From Eledone cirrhosa (taxonomy: Eukaryota): DNA of 64,000 bases. Shown here piece by piece: positions 46,791 through 61,200 of this stretch (position 1 is the stretch's first letter; every line of letters begins with the position of its first letter). A program made the position numbers and the translations under genes. The stretch is from assembly GCA_964016885.1 (NCBI GenBank), contig OZ024741.1, forward strand, positions 373,798,001 to 373,862,000. The letters are read 5' to 3'. Under the pieces are notes generated by a model. That model did no database searches and was not told where the DNA came from. It saw only the letters and a program-made list of their open reading frames with translations.

Positions 46791-47925
46791 AGACATAGAT
46801 AGATCGATAAGATACCAAACCTCATTCATATACCGTGTCCTGTAGAGCTCGTGAAATTGGACCAAAGAAACAACGTTTTCATGTGTCTTTTCATTGGCTG
46901 ATACTATCTACTGGTCACAACTCATGGCAGAAGGAGCAACGTGAAATGAAATGTCCTGTTCAAGGATTTAATGCATCGCTCGGTCCGAGAATGGAACTCA
47001 CAACCTCACACTTGCGAATCCAATTTTCTAAATATTCTGAGATATAAATGAATTTAGCGACAAACCAGGTTTCTTCACCCGACATACTTAAGATCGCAAG
47101 CTATTGAAGTACCATCCACTTTCTGGCAGGTTTGTCATTAAATCTATTGCAGTGGAGACTTCTGACGTTCTGGGTCCTCAATCAACCTACTCGCTGCTCT
47201 TGCAGCAGAGTTGGTTCCTCACAGGTGTGAGCCCCGTGTGTTGGAATGGCTATTTCAACACGTCTACCTCGCTAACTTTCGGAATAACATTTCCTCTATT
47301 CTGTGTGCTGAGATCAAACAGCCTGGGATTATTTACGTTGGAGAAGAGTGGGGACTTGACAACTTTTCATCAGCTGGTTCGTGTTGTTACCGTTGGCCAC
47401 TATATACACATACATACATACACAAGCTATATTGTCTACACAGAAGGCGTCTATACAAACATCAGTTCAATATATGCTACTTGACTGTTATTATACATTC
47501 AATGGTTGTCAAAAAACTGATTTATGCTTTTAACATTTTTTTAAATTATTATTATTTCTGAGATACAAACATGTCAATATCTTTAGTTCAATAGACGCTT
47601 TCCAATACAGGCTGATATGAATGGCACGAATGTCCAATCAATAATCACAAATATTATTGCTTATGCTGCTGCTACTACTACTACTCAAGATACATTGTGT
47701 GACGTTGTAAGAACAATATGACTGACTGTTATGTATTCTTTTATCCTTTTATTTATTTCATTCGTTAGACTATGGCCATACTGGAGCACAGCCTTCAAGA
47801 GATTCATGTCCATCATATAGACCTTAATTCCTACTTTTCGAAGTTTACCACTTTATCGATCTCGTTTTGTCGAACCACTACGTTACGTGACATGAACGAT
47901 CTCCCATTTGCACACACGCACATGC

Positions 47926-47970
<45 letters not shown>

Positions 47971-48120
47971 TTTAATCTGTTATTTTAATAAATATTTGCT
48001 CTATGGTTTTATATATTTTGATATACATATTATCCTTATTAAGCCCTCCTCGGATTTTAGTCTTCACATTTATTATTATTACTATATATATATATATGTA
48101 TGTATATATATATATGTATG

Positions 48121-48225
<105 letters not shown>

Positions 48226-48304
48226 AAGGTATATATTGAGTTAGAAACTCAAAATAGTCTCTTACAATAAATTACCTCTAGGAAAGAGATTTTTCCGTGC
48301 CGTA

Positions 48305-48550
48305 AATATAACTGAACAAAAAGAAAAACGAACACAGACATATAGATATATGTGTTTAAATCGTAAGGGACCAGATTCGCTAAGGTGAAAAGAATACTAA
48401 CTATAGACAATAGGGTTTGTCAGACTTAAATTAAGAATAAATCAAGAAAATAAATACAAACCATAATGGCGGTAACTATGAATCTGGTCCTTACGATTTG
48501 AACACATATATCTATATGTCTGTGTTCGTTTTTCTTTTTGTTCAGTTATA
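48305..48550. repeat. Fold-back island with ~70-bp arms
   Basis: tataactgaacaaaaag...ggaccagattc mirrored by gaatctggtcc...ttgttcagttata. Confidence 0.85.
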
Positions 48551-48567
48551 TATATATATATATATAA

Positions 48568-48866
<299 letters not shown>

Positions 48867-49127
48867 TTATATATATACATATATATATATATATATTATA
48901 TATATATATATATATACATATATATATACATATATATATACATATATATATACATATATATATACATACATATATATATACATACATACATGATGGCTGC
49001 CCCCTCGTTATCGAGTATGGCCATTGCACGAGGAGAAAGAAAAAAAATAAAATAAAATAATAATAAATAAATAAAAATAAAAGAAAAATTTAAAAAGAAA
49101 AAAAAAAGAAATATATATATATATATA

Positions 49128-49584
49128 TACGATATTAATAAATGGAAACTATATTTATAAAACCATATTTATTTCATTATACATATTTCAGGGATACCAA
49201 ATTAAATTATGGTATGCCTTCATCAGACAAAATACAATATATAACAGTTTTACAAATAAGCTTTGACGTACCCTTTTAAAATGCGACCATTATTTTTGAA
49301 ACAATTCACTATCCAGATGGCTTCCAAAAATAATGGTCGCATTTTAAAAGGGTACGTCAAAGCTTATTTGTAAAACTGTTATATATTGTATTTTGTCTGA
49401 TGAAGGCATACCATAATTTAATTTGGTATCCCTGAAATATGTATAATGAAATAAATATGATTTTATAAATATAGTTTCCATTTATTAATATCGTATATCT
49501 ACTCCAAATACTTGTCGAGTGCTTTATATCAGTTATAAAAATATTTACTTGTTGTATCCCAACAATTTTAAATAGAACTTTTGC
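49128..49584. mobile_element. Inverted pLTR-like palindrome (~165-bp arms) with hammerheads at 49170-49234 (-) and 49389-49453 (+)
   Basis: tattttgt-CTGATGA-aggcatacca..tggtatccct-GAAA-t(atgt)a-TA-atgaaata in both arms. Confidence 0.85.
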
Positions 49585-49600
49585 ATATATATATATATAT

Positions 49601-49685
<85 letters not shown>

Positions 49686-49830
49686 CACACACATACATTA
49701 ATAAAAATAATAATAATAATAACAACAATAATAATAACGACAACAACAATAATAATATACATATACATATATATATACACACACACGCACACACATAAGC
49801 ATATCTACACACACACACACACGATAGCAA

Positions 49831-52800
49831 CTAACAGCGCTGCGATCGAATGTGGCTTTTTAGCCCAGCCAATGATCTAAAATGTCTTGCACAGAGTCGG
49901 CAACCAAAACATTCACTGAGAATAGTCGGCTGTAGTTGGAGTTCGTGTACTTTTGCATGTCGCTTGAGCCCTCCTGTTGATTTACATTCTCTACCACATG
50001 TTTGGCAAGCATGATGAGTAGCATCTCCAACAGCAGCCTGGTAGTCAACCACTGGTCTTACTTTATGACTGCGCAGCTGACTTTCGAGTCCAGCTTTGCT
50101 TAGGCAGAGTCTCGCACATACGCTGCATGTCAGCACCATAGGAGGACCCTCGCCGTCTGGAAGTGCAACAGCAATGCCCTTCCTCACATCCCGCTTTACT
50201 TTCTCGTATGCGATTCGAGATGCCTCAAAGGCAACTTTTCCCTCATATACAGTCTTTCTCCATTTATTACGATCAGCAGCAATATTCTCCCATGTATCAG
50301 CAGAGATGTTAGCGTCTTTCAGAGAGGCTTTCAAGGAATCCTTATACCTCTTTTTTGGTTTAACCAACTCTCCATAAAAGAGTTGTTTTGGTATTCTAGA
50401 ATCCTTCATCCTGACAAGGTGACCACTCCAACGGAGTCGTTGCTTAAGCACAAGAGCTTCTATACTGTCACACATAGAGCTTTCCAAAATCTCGACATCA
50501 CTGATGTGGTCCCTCCAGTGAACGCCATGGATCCGTCTGAGACACATCTGATGGAAACGCTCCAATTGCTTAAGGTGGTGTCGATATATGACCCAGGTCT
50601 CGCAGGCATAAAGAAGACAAGAGAGCACACATGCCCTGTACACCTTTACCTTTGTCCTCCTGCATATGTCTCGCCGACCCCAGAGTCGCCTTTCTAGCTT
50701 TCCGAAAGCATCACTTGCTTTCCTAATCCTAAGTGAGATTTCACTGTCAAGGTTGCCGTATCGATTGACAGTGCTCCCCAGGTAGACAAACTGATCAACC
50801 ACTCCAAGTCGTTTGCCATACACATAGATGTTTGGTTCAGTGTACTGCTTACCAGGGGCAGGTTGGTACATGACGACGGTTTTCTTGAGACTGACAGTCA
50901 GACCTAGGGCAATGCAAGCGTCAGAAAATGCATTCAAAATGTGCTGCATATCACTCTCTGTGTGCGCTTCAAGATCGCAATCATCTGCATACAAGAGGTC
51001 TCTTATGATTGATGTAAATACTTTTGTATTCGCAGCAAAGCGCCTGATGTTAAATATGCTGCCTGAGGTTCGATATCGGATGTAAACACCATGCTCGCAA
51101 TTCCTGAATGCAATACAGAAAACCATTGCAAAGCATATGGCAAACAGGGTCGGTGCTGGAATATCCCTCTGTTTCACTCCATTTTTTACTGAGATAGGCT
51201 CCGGCATGTTACCCCCGACATTAACCCAAGCCTTCATGTCGTCATGGAAAGACCTAACTAAAGCAAGGAACTTATCAGGGCAACCAAGTTTCTGGAGAAC
51301 CTTCCATAATGCATCTCTGTTAACAGTATCGAAAGCTTTTGTCAGATCGACAAAAACCTGATACAGATCCAAGCCTTGTTCCATGCACTTCTCCTGGAGC
51401 TGTCTAGCTGAGAAGATCATATCAGTAGTGCCGCGTCCAGCACGAAAACCAGATTGACTTTCAGGAAGAACACAATCTGCAGTGTGTGTCAGCAGACGGT
51501 CCAGAAGCACCCTACATAAAACTTTCCCTACGACAGAAAGCAATGATATACCTCTGTAGTTCCTACAATCGTTCCTGTTACCCTTTCCCTTGTACAAGAC
51601 CACCATTACTGCATCTCTCCAGTCCTCAGGTACGGATTCATTAGCCCATATCCTGCCAAACAAAGAGTGAAGATGTTGCAGGAGTCTCTCACCACCATAT
51701 TGTAGGAGCTCAGCATGTATGCCATCCATACCTGGAGATCTTTCACTGTTCAGCTTCGAAATAGTCACTGCAACCTCCACAAGCGTCGGAGGTTCTGCGA
51801 GAGCTACTTTCAAAGGACTTTCTGGAATAAGATTGAGGAAATCTTCACTGACAACAGACGGCTGATTCAAAAGATCATCAAAGTGCTCTCGCCACCTTCG
51901 TAGAATTCCTTGTGAGTCACGAAGAAGTTCTTTGCCATCCTTGCTGCGAAGTGGTGTCACCAGAGAAGAAGACGGTCCATAAACCTCACGCAAGAGACTG
52001 TACAACAGCTTTGTATTATTGGAATCAGACGCAGTTTGTATCTCACCAGCCTTCTCACTCCACCACTGATCCTTCATCTGAGAAAGACTCCGCCTAACAC
52101 GTGATTTAACATCCCTGAGTTCCTCATGCAACGTATTCCTCTCCTGTGGTTTTGCCGTCAAGTAGCGTGACAGAGCACGCCTCTTATCAGCCAACAAGTC
52201 TTCTATATGTACATCATTCTCATCAAACCAGTCCTGATGTTTCCTCTGCGCCAATCCCAGAACACGCCTGCCTACATCACAACCGACTTTTTAAGGGTCG
52301 GCCAATCCTCACCAAGATCTGCAGCCTGCATCTCTTCTTCCAATGTCCTCTTCACATTTTTATCCTTAAGATGGGCAGCATTCAATCTTTTGGGCAGGGC
52401 AACACCAGGAGCCCGGATTTTACGTTTAGTGATTAGTTTCACTTTTGCGCGTACCAGGCGGTGGTCCGTCCAGCACTCAGCTCCACGAAGAACACGAACA
52501 CACTGCACATCCTGTCTGTCACGCATCCTGACTAGGACGTAGTCCAAAAGATGCCATTCCTTAGATGCAGGATGCATCCATGTGGTCTTGAATTTGTTCT
52601 TTTGTTGGAACATGGTGTTGGTAACACACAGATCCAGCTCCTCACACATCTGCAGCAGGAGCATACCATTGCTGTTACACTTTCCCACCCCATGCCTTCC
52701 GATTACATTCCATGTGTTAAAATCCCTACCCACTCTAGCATTAAAGTCACCAAGCACGATGACTTTGTCTGCCTGAGGGATATTTCTTAAAACACCTTTC

Positions 52801-53354
52801 AAGGCATGGTAAAAGGACACCTTTTCCTCATCGACAGAACTCATAGTTGGAGCATACACACTCACCAGGGTAGCATATCTTCCCTTGTCCAGCGGAACTC
52901 TCATGGACATAAGACGCTCACTAATCCCTACTGGGAATTCTTCTAATTTGTTCACAAGCACAGTCTTAACAGCAAATCCTACCCCAGTCTCTCTTCTGGT
53001 TCCTTCATCTCTTCCTTTCCAGAAGAATGTATATTCTCCACAAAATTCCGTAAGATGACCATCTCCAGCTAGCCTCGTCTCAGATAAAGCCACGATGTCA
53101 AGATGGTAACGTCGAAGCTCCTTTGCAACAAGAGCGGTCCTTCGTTCAGGACGCCCCAAGGAATCCCTGTCAAGCAGCGTCCGTACGTTCCAGCAGCCAA
53201 GAATAAATGTCCTGTTTGGCTCTGTTACAATGGCACGATGACGAGCGGGCCCAGGCTGTGATAACCTGGGGCCCCTGCCCTTATTGCCAATGATCTTTTT
53301 TGTTCCAGAACCTAAATTGCCAATTATCTCTTTTATATTGTTCCGGAACATCAT
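49831..53354 (-). pseudogene. RTE-clade LINE ORF: APE endonuclease, reverse transcriptase and three C2H2-like fingers; single frameshift near 52280
   Basis: GCWNVRTL, ALSETR, LGDFNARVG, LDY, TDH (APE); NYRGISLL, FVDLTKAFD, YADD (RT); CxxC..H fingers; the two listed ORFs are in different frames. Confidence 0.95.
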
Positions 53355-53402
53355 TGAATTGGAAAAAAAAAAAAAAAAAAAAAAAAAGTAATAATAATAG
53401 TA

Positions 53403-53438
<36 letters not shown>

Positions 53439-53743
53439 GTACACTATTAATAATTATTAATGCACTCGTGCAATGCCTGTGCGTGACGAATATTTTTAAA
53501 GTGAGGAAAGACTGTGCACTGAGCCAATCCCACTCTCTGAGCGACAGTAGCTATAACCCGAAAAGAAGAAAAGATCAACATCATCGGTAACTACTGAGCC
53601 GCAGGTTTTATGTCGGAGTTAACCCAGTTTCCTGAGATGCCTTCTCCTAGAAGAATGCCCTGATAAGGGCTAGGGGTTCTTCACTCCCAGTGGTTTAACT
53701 GCGCGATCGGGCATCCAGCCCGATTATTTCTATGTCCCCGCGC
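53355..53743 (-). mobile_element. 5' UTR of the RTE element, with internal (TAT)n/poly-T
   Basis: Adjacent to the ORF start; homologous to 62865-63065. Confidence 0.7.
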
Positions 53744-53773
53744 AAAAAAAAAAAAAAAAAAAATCACATACAC

Positions 53774-53838
<65 letters not shown>

Positions 53839-53931
53839 TATGACGGGTCTTTGTATAGTTTCTGTCTGCCAAATTACACTGACAAGGTATTGATTAATCT
53901 GAGGCTATAGTAGAAGTCACTTTCCTATGGT

Positions 53932-55057
53932 GCCAACTTGTTCAATATGTTCAACATGTGCCAATGAAAATGAATCGGAAAATGTTTTCTCAAAAAGGAA
54001 AATACAGAACAATAGGAAAAGAGAGAAGAGCTCCAAAACCAAGGGCAGATTATCTAGATGGTCTAGGAGAAACAATCTGACCGAGAAAACGTGAACAAAC
54101 GCTATATTAGCTAATAAGTATATGGGGAGGGGGGCTAGAAAACATCGATGACTTGGACCGACTAGTGATATCTCACTGCTATAAATCCCTCCTCTTCAAG
54201 GTAACGAAATCCGCGACGGTCAAATTTGGATACTCCTGTGCCGGGAACATGAAATCCCGCCTCATGTATAAACAACAAAGCCCCAAAGTATATATGTGCT
54301 TGTAAAAAAAAACCTGAGTTATGTCCACTGGATCAATAATGCATCACCCCAGCGATAATATACGAAGCTAACGTCACACAATGGAATCAACACCACCAAA
54401 AGGAATCCTGGAAATACGTCTGTATGACAGAGAACCGGTTTAAAAATCGCTTTCTTAGTCACGAAATGACCTTCAGATACCCAAATAAAAGAAGCACCAC
54501 AAATTTGACAAATAAAATATAGTGACGCAAAGAAAAGAGCATATTCTCTATCAAATGGAAGATAATAGAAAAGTCTCTACTATATATAGATGGGCTCCTC
54601 GTTTGCAGATTATGCAATGATGAGAAATGGTGGATATTGAATAATCTCCACGACAATAAGAAACCACTTAACACATGTAGAGAACTGGAATGCTTAATAT
54701 TGATTTATATATTTCTTAATCTATCGAATTTTTCTAGCCCTTATATAATTATTAACTAAATTAGCGTTTGTTCGCATTTTTTCGGTCAAAATGTCTCCCC
54801 TGGACCATCCAAAATATCACCCCTTGGTTGGGAGCTCTTCTCTCCCTATTGTTCTGCATTTTCCTTTTTAAGTCAACATTTTCTGGTTCATTTTCATTGG
54901 CATATGTTGAACAAGTTGGTCCTCAGGGGTAACGAAACGTACGTGGTTGGTATGGCGCCGTTGTAGTAATTGGCCTTAATAACTGTATTGAAACTCACCC
55001 TACGGACTTGAGTTGCTCTATATCTTGGATATTTTTACCTACCCATTACTACCATAA

Positions 55058-55060
<3 letters not shown>
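53932..55060 (+). mobile_element. Penelope-like 3' remnant: decayed GIY-YIG domain with inverted partial pLTR
   Basis: VKFGYSCAGNM, CPLD, IIYEA..YVCMTENRFKNRF, IKWKII, CRLCNDEK; 53932-54104 is an inverted copy of 54762-54920. Confidence 0.8.
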
Positions 55061-55097
<37 letters not shown>

Positions 55098-55313
55098 GTT
55101 TCTACTTTAGGCACAAGGCCAGCAATTACCCAGTGCATTACTGGTACTTTATTTTATCGACCCCGTAAGGATGAAAGGCAAAGTCAACCTCAGCGGGATT
55201 TGAACTCAGATCGTAAAGGGACGTAACTATACTGGAAAGCATGGCGTCCGACCCTCTACCGATACTGCCAATCCACATATATATATATAGTAGTAGTAGT
55301 GGTAGTGGTAGTG

Positions 55314-55367
<54 letters not shown>

Positions 55368-55450
55368 ACTTGTTAGAGAAAGGCGTAGAGCAACTCTAGC
55401 CCGAGGGGTGAGTTTTAATATACTATTATTAAGACGAGTATATACATATG

Positions 55451-55502
<52 letters not shown>

Positions 55503-55765
55503 AATAACACGGATCGGCTGTACAGTATGGTTTATTCCAAGTATTAACAAGTGTTTTATTAGTCCGCAGTATGCCGTGGCACTCAATTTTAAATTTGGTT
55601 GGGTGTCAGGAACTGCTTACCTAGGAACTGTCTGGAATCGGCGACCCGAACACAACTAAGTAAACATCTTGTTGAGTCAAACAACGCCGAACGTTAGAAC
55701 TATCCTCGATACAGAGTACTCATAACCCCTACTTGGATTGCCTTAAACGATACCTCGTTAACTTA

Positions 55766-55810
<45 letters not shown>

Positions 55811-55863
55811 TTTCGTAGAAAAGGTAAAGGAAAGAAGAGTGCTCTATGTATAGTACAGAGCTA

Positions 55864-56011
55864 TTTAATTATGTAATAAACAACATAATATAATTATTCC
55901 ATTACCCAAGGTTTCGCGAAGTTTGACGATTCTAATGATTTTGTTACAATCGTCTAACTTCGCGAAACCTTGGGTAATGGAATAATTATATTGTGTTGTT
56001 TATTACATAAA
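55864..56011. repeat. Fold-back of the 3' half of a hammerhead (related to 40535)
   Basis: GAAA-cc(ttg)gg-TA-atggaataatt on both strands; no CTGANGA core. Confidence 0.75.
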
Positions 56012-56031
56012 TATATATATATATATTTATG

Positions 56032-56113
<82 letters not shown>

Positions 56114-56226
56114 CGAAACGCGTGTTCTTGTAATATTACGACACTCTAGTACCTCTACTACCCCCAAGTATCGAATACTGTGGTGAGTTATGGTCTAACA
56201 AATGTTTACTGCATCCATTTTGATTT

Positions 56227-56306
<80 letters not shown>

Positions 56307-56340
56307 TATAAGATCAAAAGATGGTTAAAAGAGTTCCATG

Positions 56341-56411
56341 TATTTTATTATGCGCATTTCAAAAACAAATATCATCATGCAATAACATTTGTGTTTTCGT
56401 CAGATAAAATA
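56341..56411 (-). ncRNA. Canonical PLE-type type I hammerhead in fold-back island 56305-56528
   Basis: tattttat-CTGACGA-aaacacaaatgttatt(gcat)gatgatatttgttttt-GAAA-t(gcgc)a-TA-ataaaata; perfect 8-bp stem I; palindromic loop III. Confidence 0.85.
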
Positions 56412-56643
56412 GGAAGACATGATATGAAGGTTAAAATACACTTGTGAATAGTGCAGTTTTAAATCAACATATGAAATGCGCATAATAAAATACATGGAAC
56501 TCTTTTAACCATCTTTTGATCTTATATATTATTTATACTCCAGTTCTACAAACTGTAGAGTGCTTCTTATCCGATATCTGCATTACTTTATTGTACTACA
56601 ATAAAACTCACCTCCTACATTATATATATATATATATATATAT

Positions 56644-57934
<1,291 letters not shown>

Positions 57935-58292
57935 TTAATTTAGAAGTAACACGCTTCAAGTCATCTGTCATTTGCTGCCTTTTAAACAATAGCATTGACA
58001 TTAGAATAAGAGAGAAACAGATGGAAACGTGAATGATTCCGTCGGGTGTTAATTTGATTAGATAGTCGAGTCGTTTCAAAACATTACGGATCAACTAAGA
58101 AATTAAAGGTTACTATTAATATTTGTGCGTTATACCTAATAGCTGCTTTTATATTTCCTTTGTTTATTTATTTATTTTTAAAACAAGTGTCACTAAATTT
58201 TGTGCCAAGATAAACAGAAATACATAGAACATAACTCTCTTTGCGATATTCCAATTTTTATGAATATATATATATATATATATATATATGTG

Positions 58293-58376
<84 letters not shown>

Positions 58377-58820
58377 AATGTGGGTAGGTGCATTCCACTT
58401 TTTCGTTTAGCTACCTATTTATCCGGCGCTGGATAACCAAAACACAAAAAGAAAACAGTACTAAAATCGTAAGTGCAATAAAAGAAATACTTTATGTTTG
58501 TAAATTTTTTACTGTTTTTTTTTTTGTGGTTGTTTTTTGTGGTGGTGGTGTGTGTGGGGAGGGCTGTTTCTGTAAATCTATTTTCAGTTTTATAGTTTCA
58601 GGCTTATAATAGTTTCTGATTTAAACAATAGACCAGCAATTTTGAGATAAGTTGAAATCAATGCATGCAAGATTTCACAACGCTAGCATCAATCCTTCAT
58701 AGTCAGCCTATGAACTTTTCAACCCAAACTCGTTGTATATCAAGCGTGAACCTAATATAACTGTGTATTTTTGCATTCCTGTGTTTGTTTTGTTTCATTT
58801 ATTAACTATATATATATATA

Positions 58821-59479
58821 TAGGAGCAGTTTAGGTATGATACATTTTATTACTAATTATATCTAAATGTTTCTTCTCTCTTCATAATGTATTTTTAACT
58901 CTGATACTGGTTCAGTCTAATTCAACCGGATTGGTCTGTCCCAGTCATTCATTGAGCAACATCGGTAAGGTTGGCACCATTAACTCACGGTTGGGTGTGG
59001 ATGCATTCATGTATATGTGTGTGTCCGCATGTATCTGTGTGTTTCTAAATATATTGTTCATAACTCCCTCTGGTCGAGTAATCTTTGAAGTGTGGTGACT
59101 GCTGGAAAGCTGCCATTACTCATACTTCTCGCCTCCTTCACCACCTCTTCTACGGCTTCGATATAAATACCCCCTCCGCCTCCGTGGTATTTTCTTCGGG
59201 GTTATAAGAGGCTTAGCTCTGTTTCTCGACCGTTATATCGCGTGACTATCTCCCCCTCCGCCTTTTGGGATTCTTTCTCACGTCGTGTAGACGCGTTCTT
59301 GAAGCTAGTAAAATGAGGTATCCTCTTGATAAGTCGGCAGACCTCGCAAGGACTCTATATCTTTATGATGTATTGTTTTTGTTTATGCCACGAAACTACG
59401 TAGTCGAGGAATCTAGGAGCAGTTTAGGTATGATACATTTTATTACTAATTATATCTAAATGTTTCTTCTCTCTTCATA

Positions 59480-59485
<6 letters not shown>
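58821..59485 (+). mobile_element. Non-coding 593-bp unit plus 72-bp direct terminal redundancy, with hammerhead
   Basis: 58821-58892 = 59414-59485; (TA)n on both sides. Confidence 0.8.
59321..59410 (+). ncRNA. Hammerhead with compensatory U3-A8 core
   Basis: tcctc-TTGATAA-gtcggca..tgccac-GAAA-ct(acgt)ag-TC-gagga. Confidence 0.8.
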
Positions 59486-59518
<33 letters not shown>

Positions 59519-59521
<3 letters not shown>

Positions 59522-59872
59522 TTGTCCCCCGGTATTCGCGAGGGTAACGTTCCTGGAGCAACTGCGAAGAATGAAAAACTGTGAATATTGGACGTGGTCC
59601 ATAAAAATGCCTATAAACGTCAAAATATAACGTAAAATATAATTTTAAAAAGAGGGAGCGTCTTATGCGAAGGGGCGTCCAATAGGCCGACAAATACGGT
59701 ATATTGTCATTAATAATTAAGCGTTAAATATATATATATATTGCCACGAAAAAAGCCATAAAAATGATATTAACGATTCCGCGAATGTGCGTTGTTTTCC
59801 ACGAACAATTATTAGTTAGGTTGTAAGGAATATTCCGTGAATAACCGGGACCGCGAATGCCGGGGAACACTG
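59519..59872. mobile_element. Tigger/pogo-type MITE
   Basis: TA-cagttgtcccccggtattcgcg ... cgcgaatgccggggaacactg-TA. Confidence 0.8.
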
Positions 59873-59894
59873 TATATATGTATATATATATATA

Positions 59895-60058
59895 CAAATC
59901 AGGATGGATTCAGTTTGAAACTGGTTAGACCATTATTCAACAGAGTACTCAATACTTGGCTCCGACTGCTTAACTCTTGCTGTTTCAACAGCTAGTTCCA
60001 GACTCTGGAACTAGCTGTTGGAGCGGCAAGAGCTCAACCGTCGGAGTCCCAACTCTTT
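59895..60058. mobile_element. Diverged family H-A fold-back island
   Basis: cagagtactcaatactt motif; hairpin centred on aacagctagttccaga-c-tctggaactagctgtt. Confidence 0.65.
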
Positions 60059-60073
60059 ATAATATATATATAT

Positions 60074-60690
60074 ATATGAAAACAGGGAGAAAGAGACGAT
60101 TATTAGGAAGAAACATTTTTTTTTTCACTTTTTATTATTCACATTGACTTTTTATGCCCGTTTTTTTTGTTTTTTTTCACTTCATAAACCTTGTTTGTAA
60201 ATAACATTATTCTTTCTGTACCATTTCTTTAACATGTCACCATTCTACACCAATACATGTCACTATCATTTGATAATTGTTTCTACTTTGGGCACAAGGC
60301 CAGCAATTACCCAGTGTATTACTGGTACTTTATTTTATCGACCCCATAAGGATGAAAGGCAAAGTTAACCTCGGCGGGATTTGAACTCAGAATGGCAAGG
60401 GCCGTAACTCCATGCGTCAAAGCATGGCGTCCGACTCTCTACCGATACTGCCAATCCACTAATGCATAAAAATGCTGAAACCGATAATAGACAATTATTA
60501 AATATATAAATAGATAAATAAATGCCATTGTTAATTAATAAATAAATCAACTAATACCTTAACACTTCACACAAAGTAAAATATTTCGTTTTAATCATTT
60601 TCTAACCCAGAAAAAAGAGAGAAATAAATAAAAAGGGAAAAAAATATTTTTTTCTTCCTAATAATCGTCTCTTTCTCCCTGTTTTCATAT
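60074..60690. mobile_element. (TA)n-flanked element with ~37-bp terminal inverted repeats and an internal SINE B
   Basis: atgaaaacagggagaaagagacgattattaggaagaaa mirrored at 60651-60688. Confidence 0.65.
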
Positions 60691-61007
60691 ATATATATAT
60701 ATATCCTAACTCGTGTGCTCTCCACATTTTATTATTATATATATATATATATATTTCTCCAGGTTTATATATATATATATATATATTTCTCCAGGTTTAT
60801 ATATATATATATATATATTTCTCCAGGTTTTCTTTCTCTTTCTCCGCCTTTTTTCTTTTTTTCTTTCTCTCCGTCTTTTTCTAATTGTGCTTAACACTAT
60901 GACTTATTAAAATAATATAAACAAATCACTATCCAGACAGCCGCCAAAAGTAATGGTTGCATTTTAAAAGGGTACGTCAAAGCTATTTGTAAAACTGTTA
61001 TATATTG

Positions 61008-61072
61008 TATTTTGTCTGATGAAGGCATACCATAATTTAATGTGGTATCCCTGAAATATGTATAATGAAATA
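61008..61072 (+). ncRNA. Hammerhead, family of 49389
   Basis: Near identical to 49389-49453. Confidence 0.78.
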
Positions 61073-61137
61073 AATATGGTTTTATAAATATAGTTTCCAT
61101 TTATTAATATCGTATATATATATATAGAGAGAGGGGG

Positions 61138-61200
<63 letters not shown>

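Noticed and set aside
48467-48495. ggcggtaactatga resembling an LSU rRNA segment
   Set aside because: Very short match with no flanking rRNA similarity.
54900-54955. GAAACGTACGT in the PLE pLTR
   Set aside because: Position is suggestive, but the core is unrecognisable and the triplet would be GUG.
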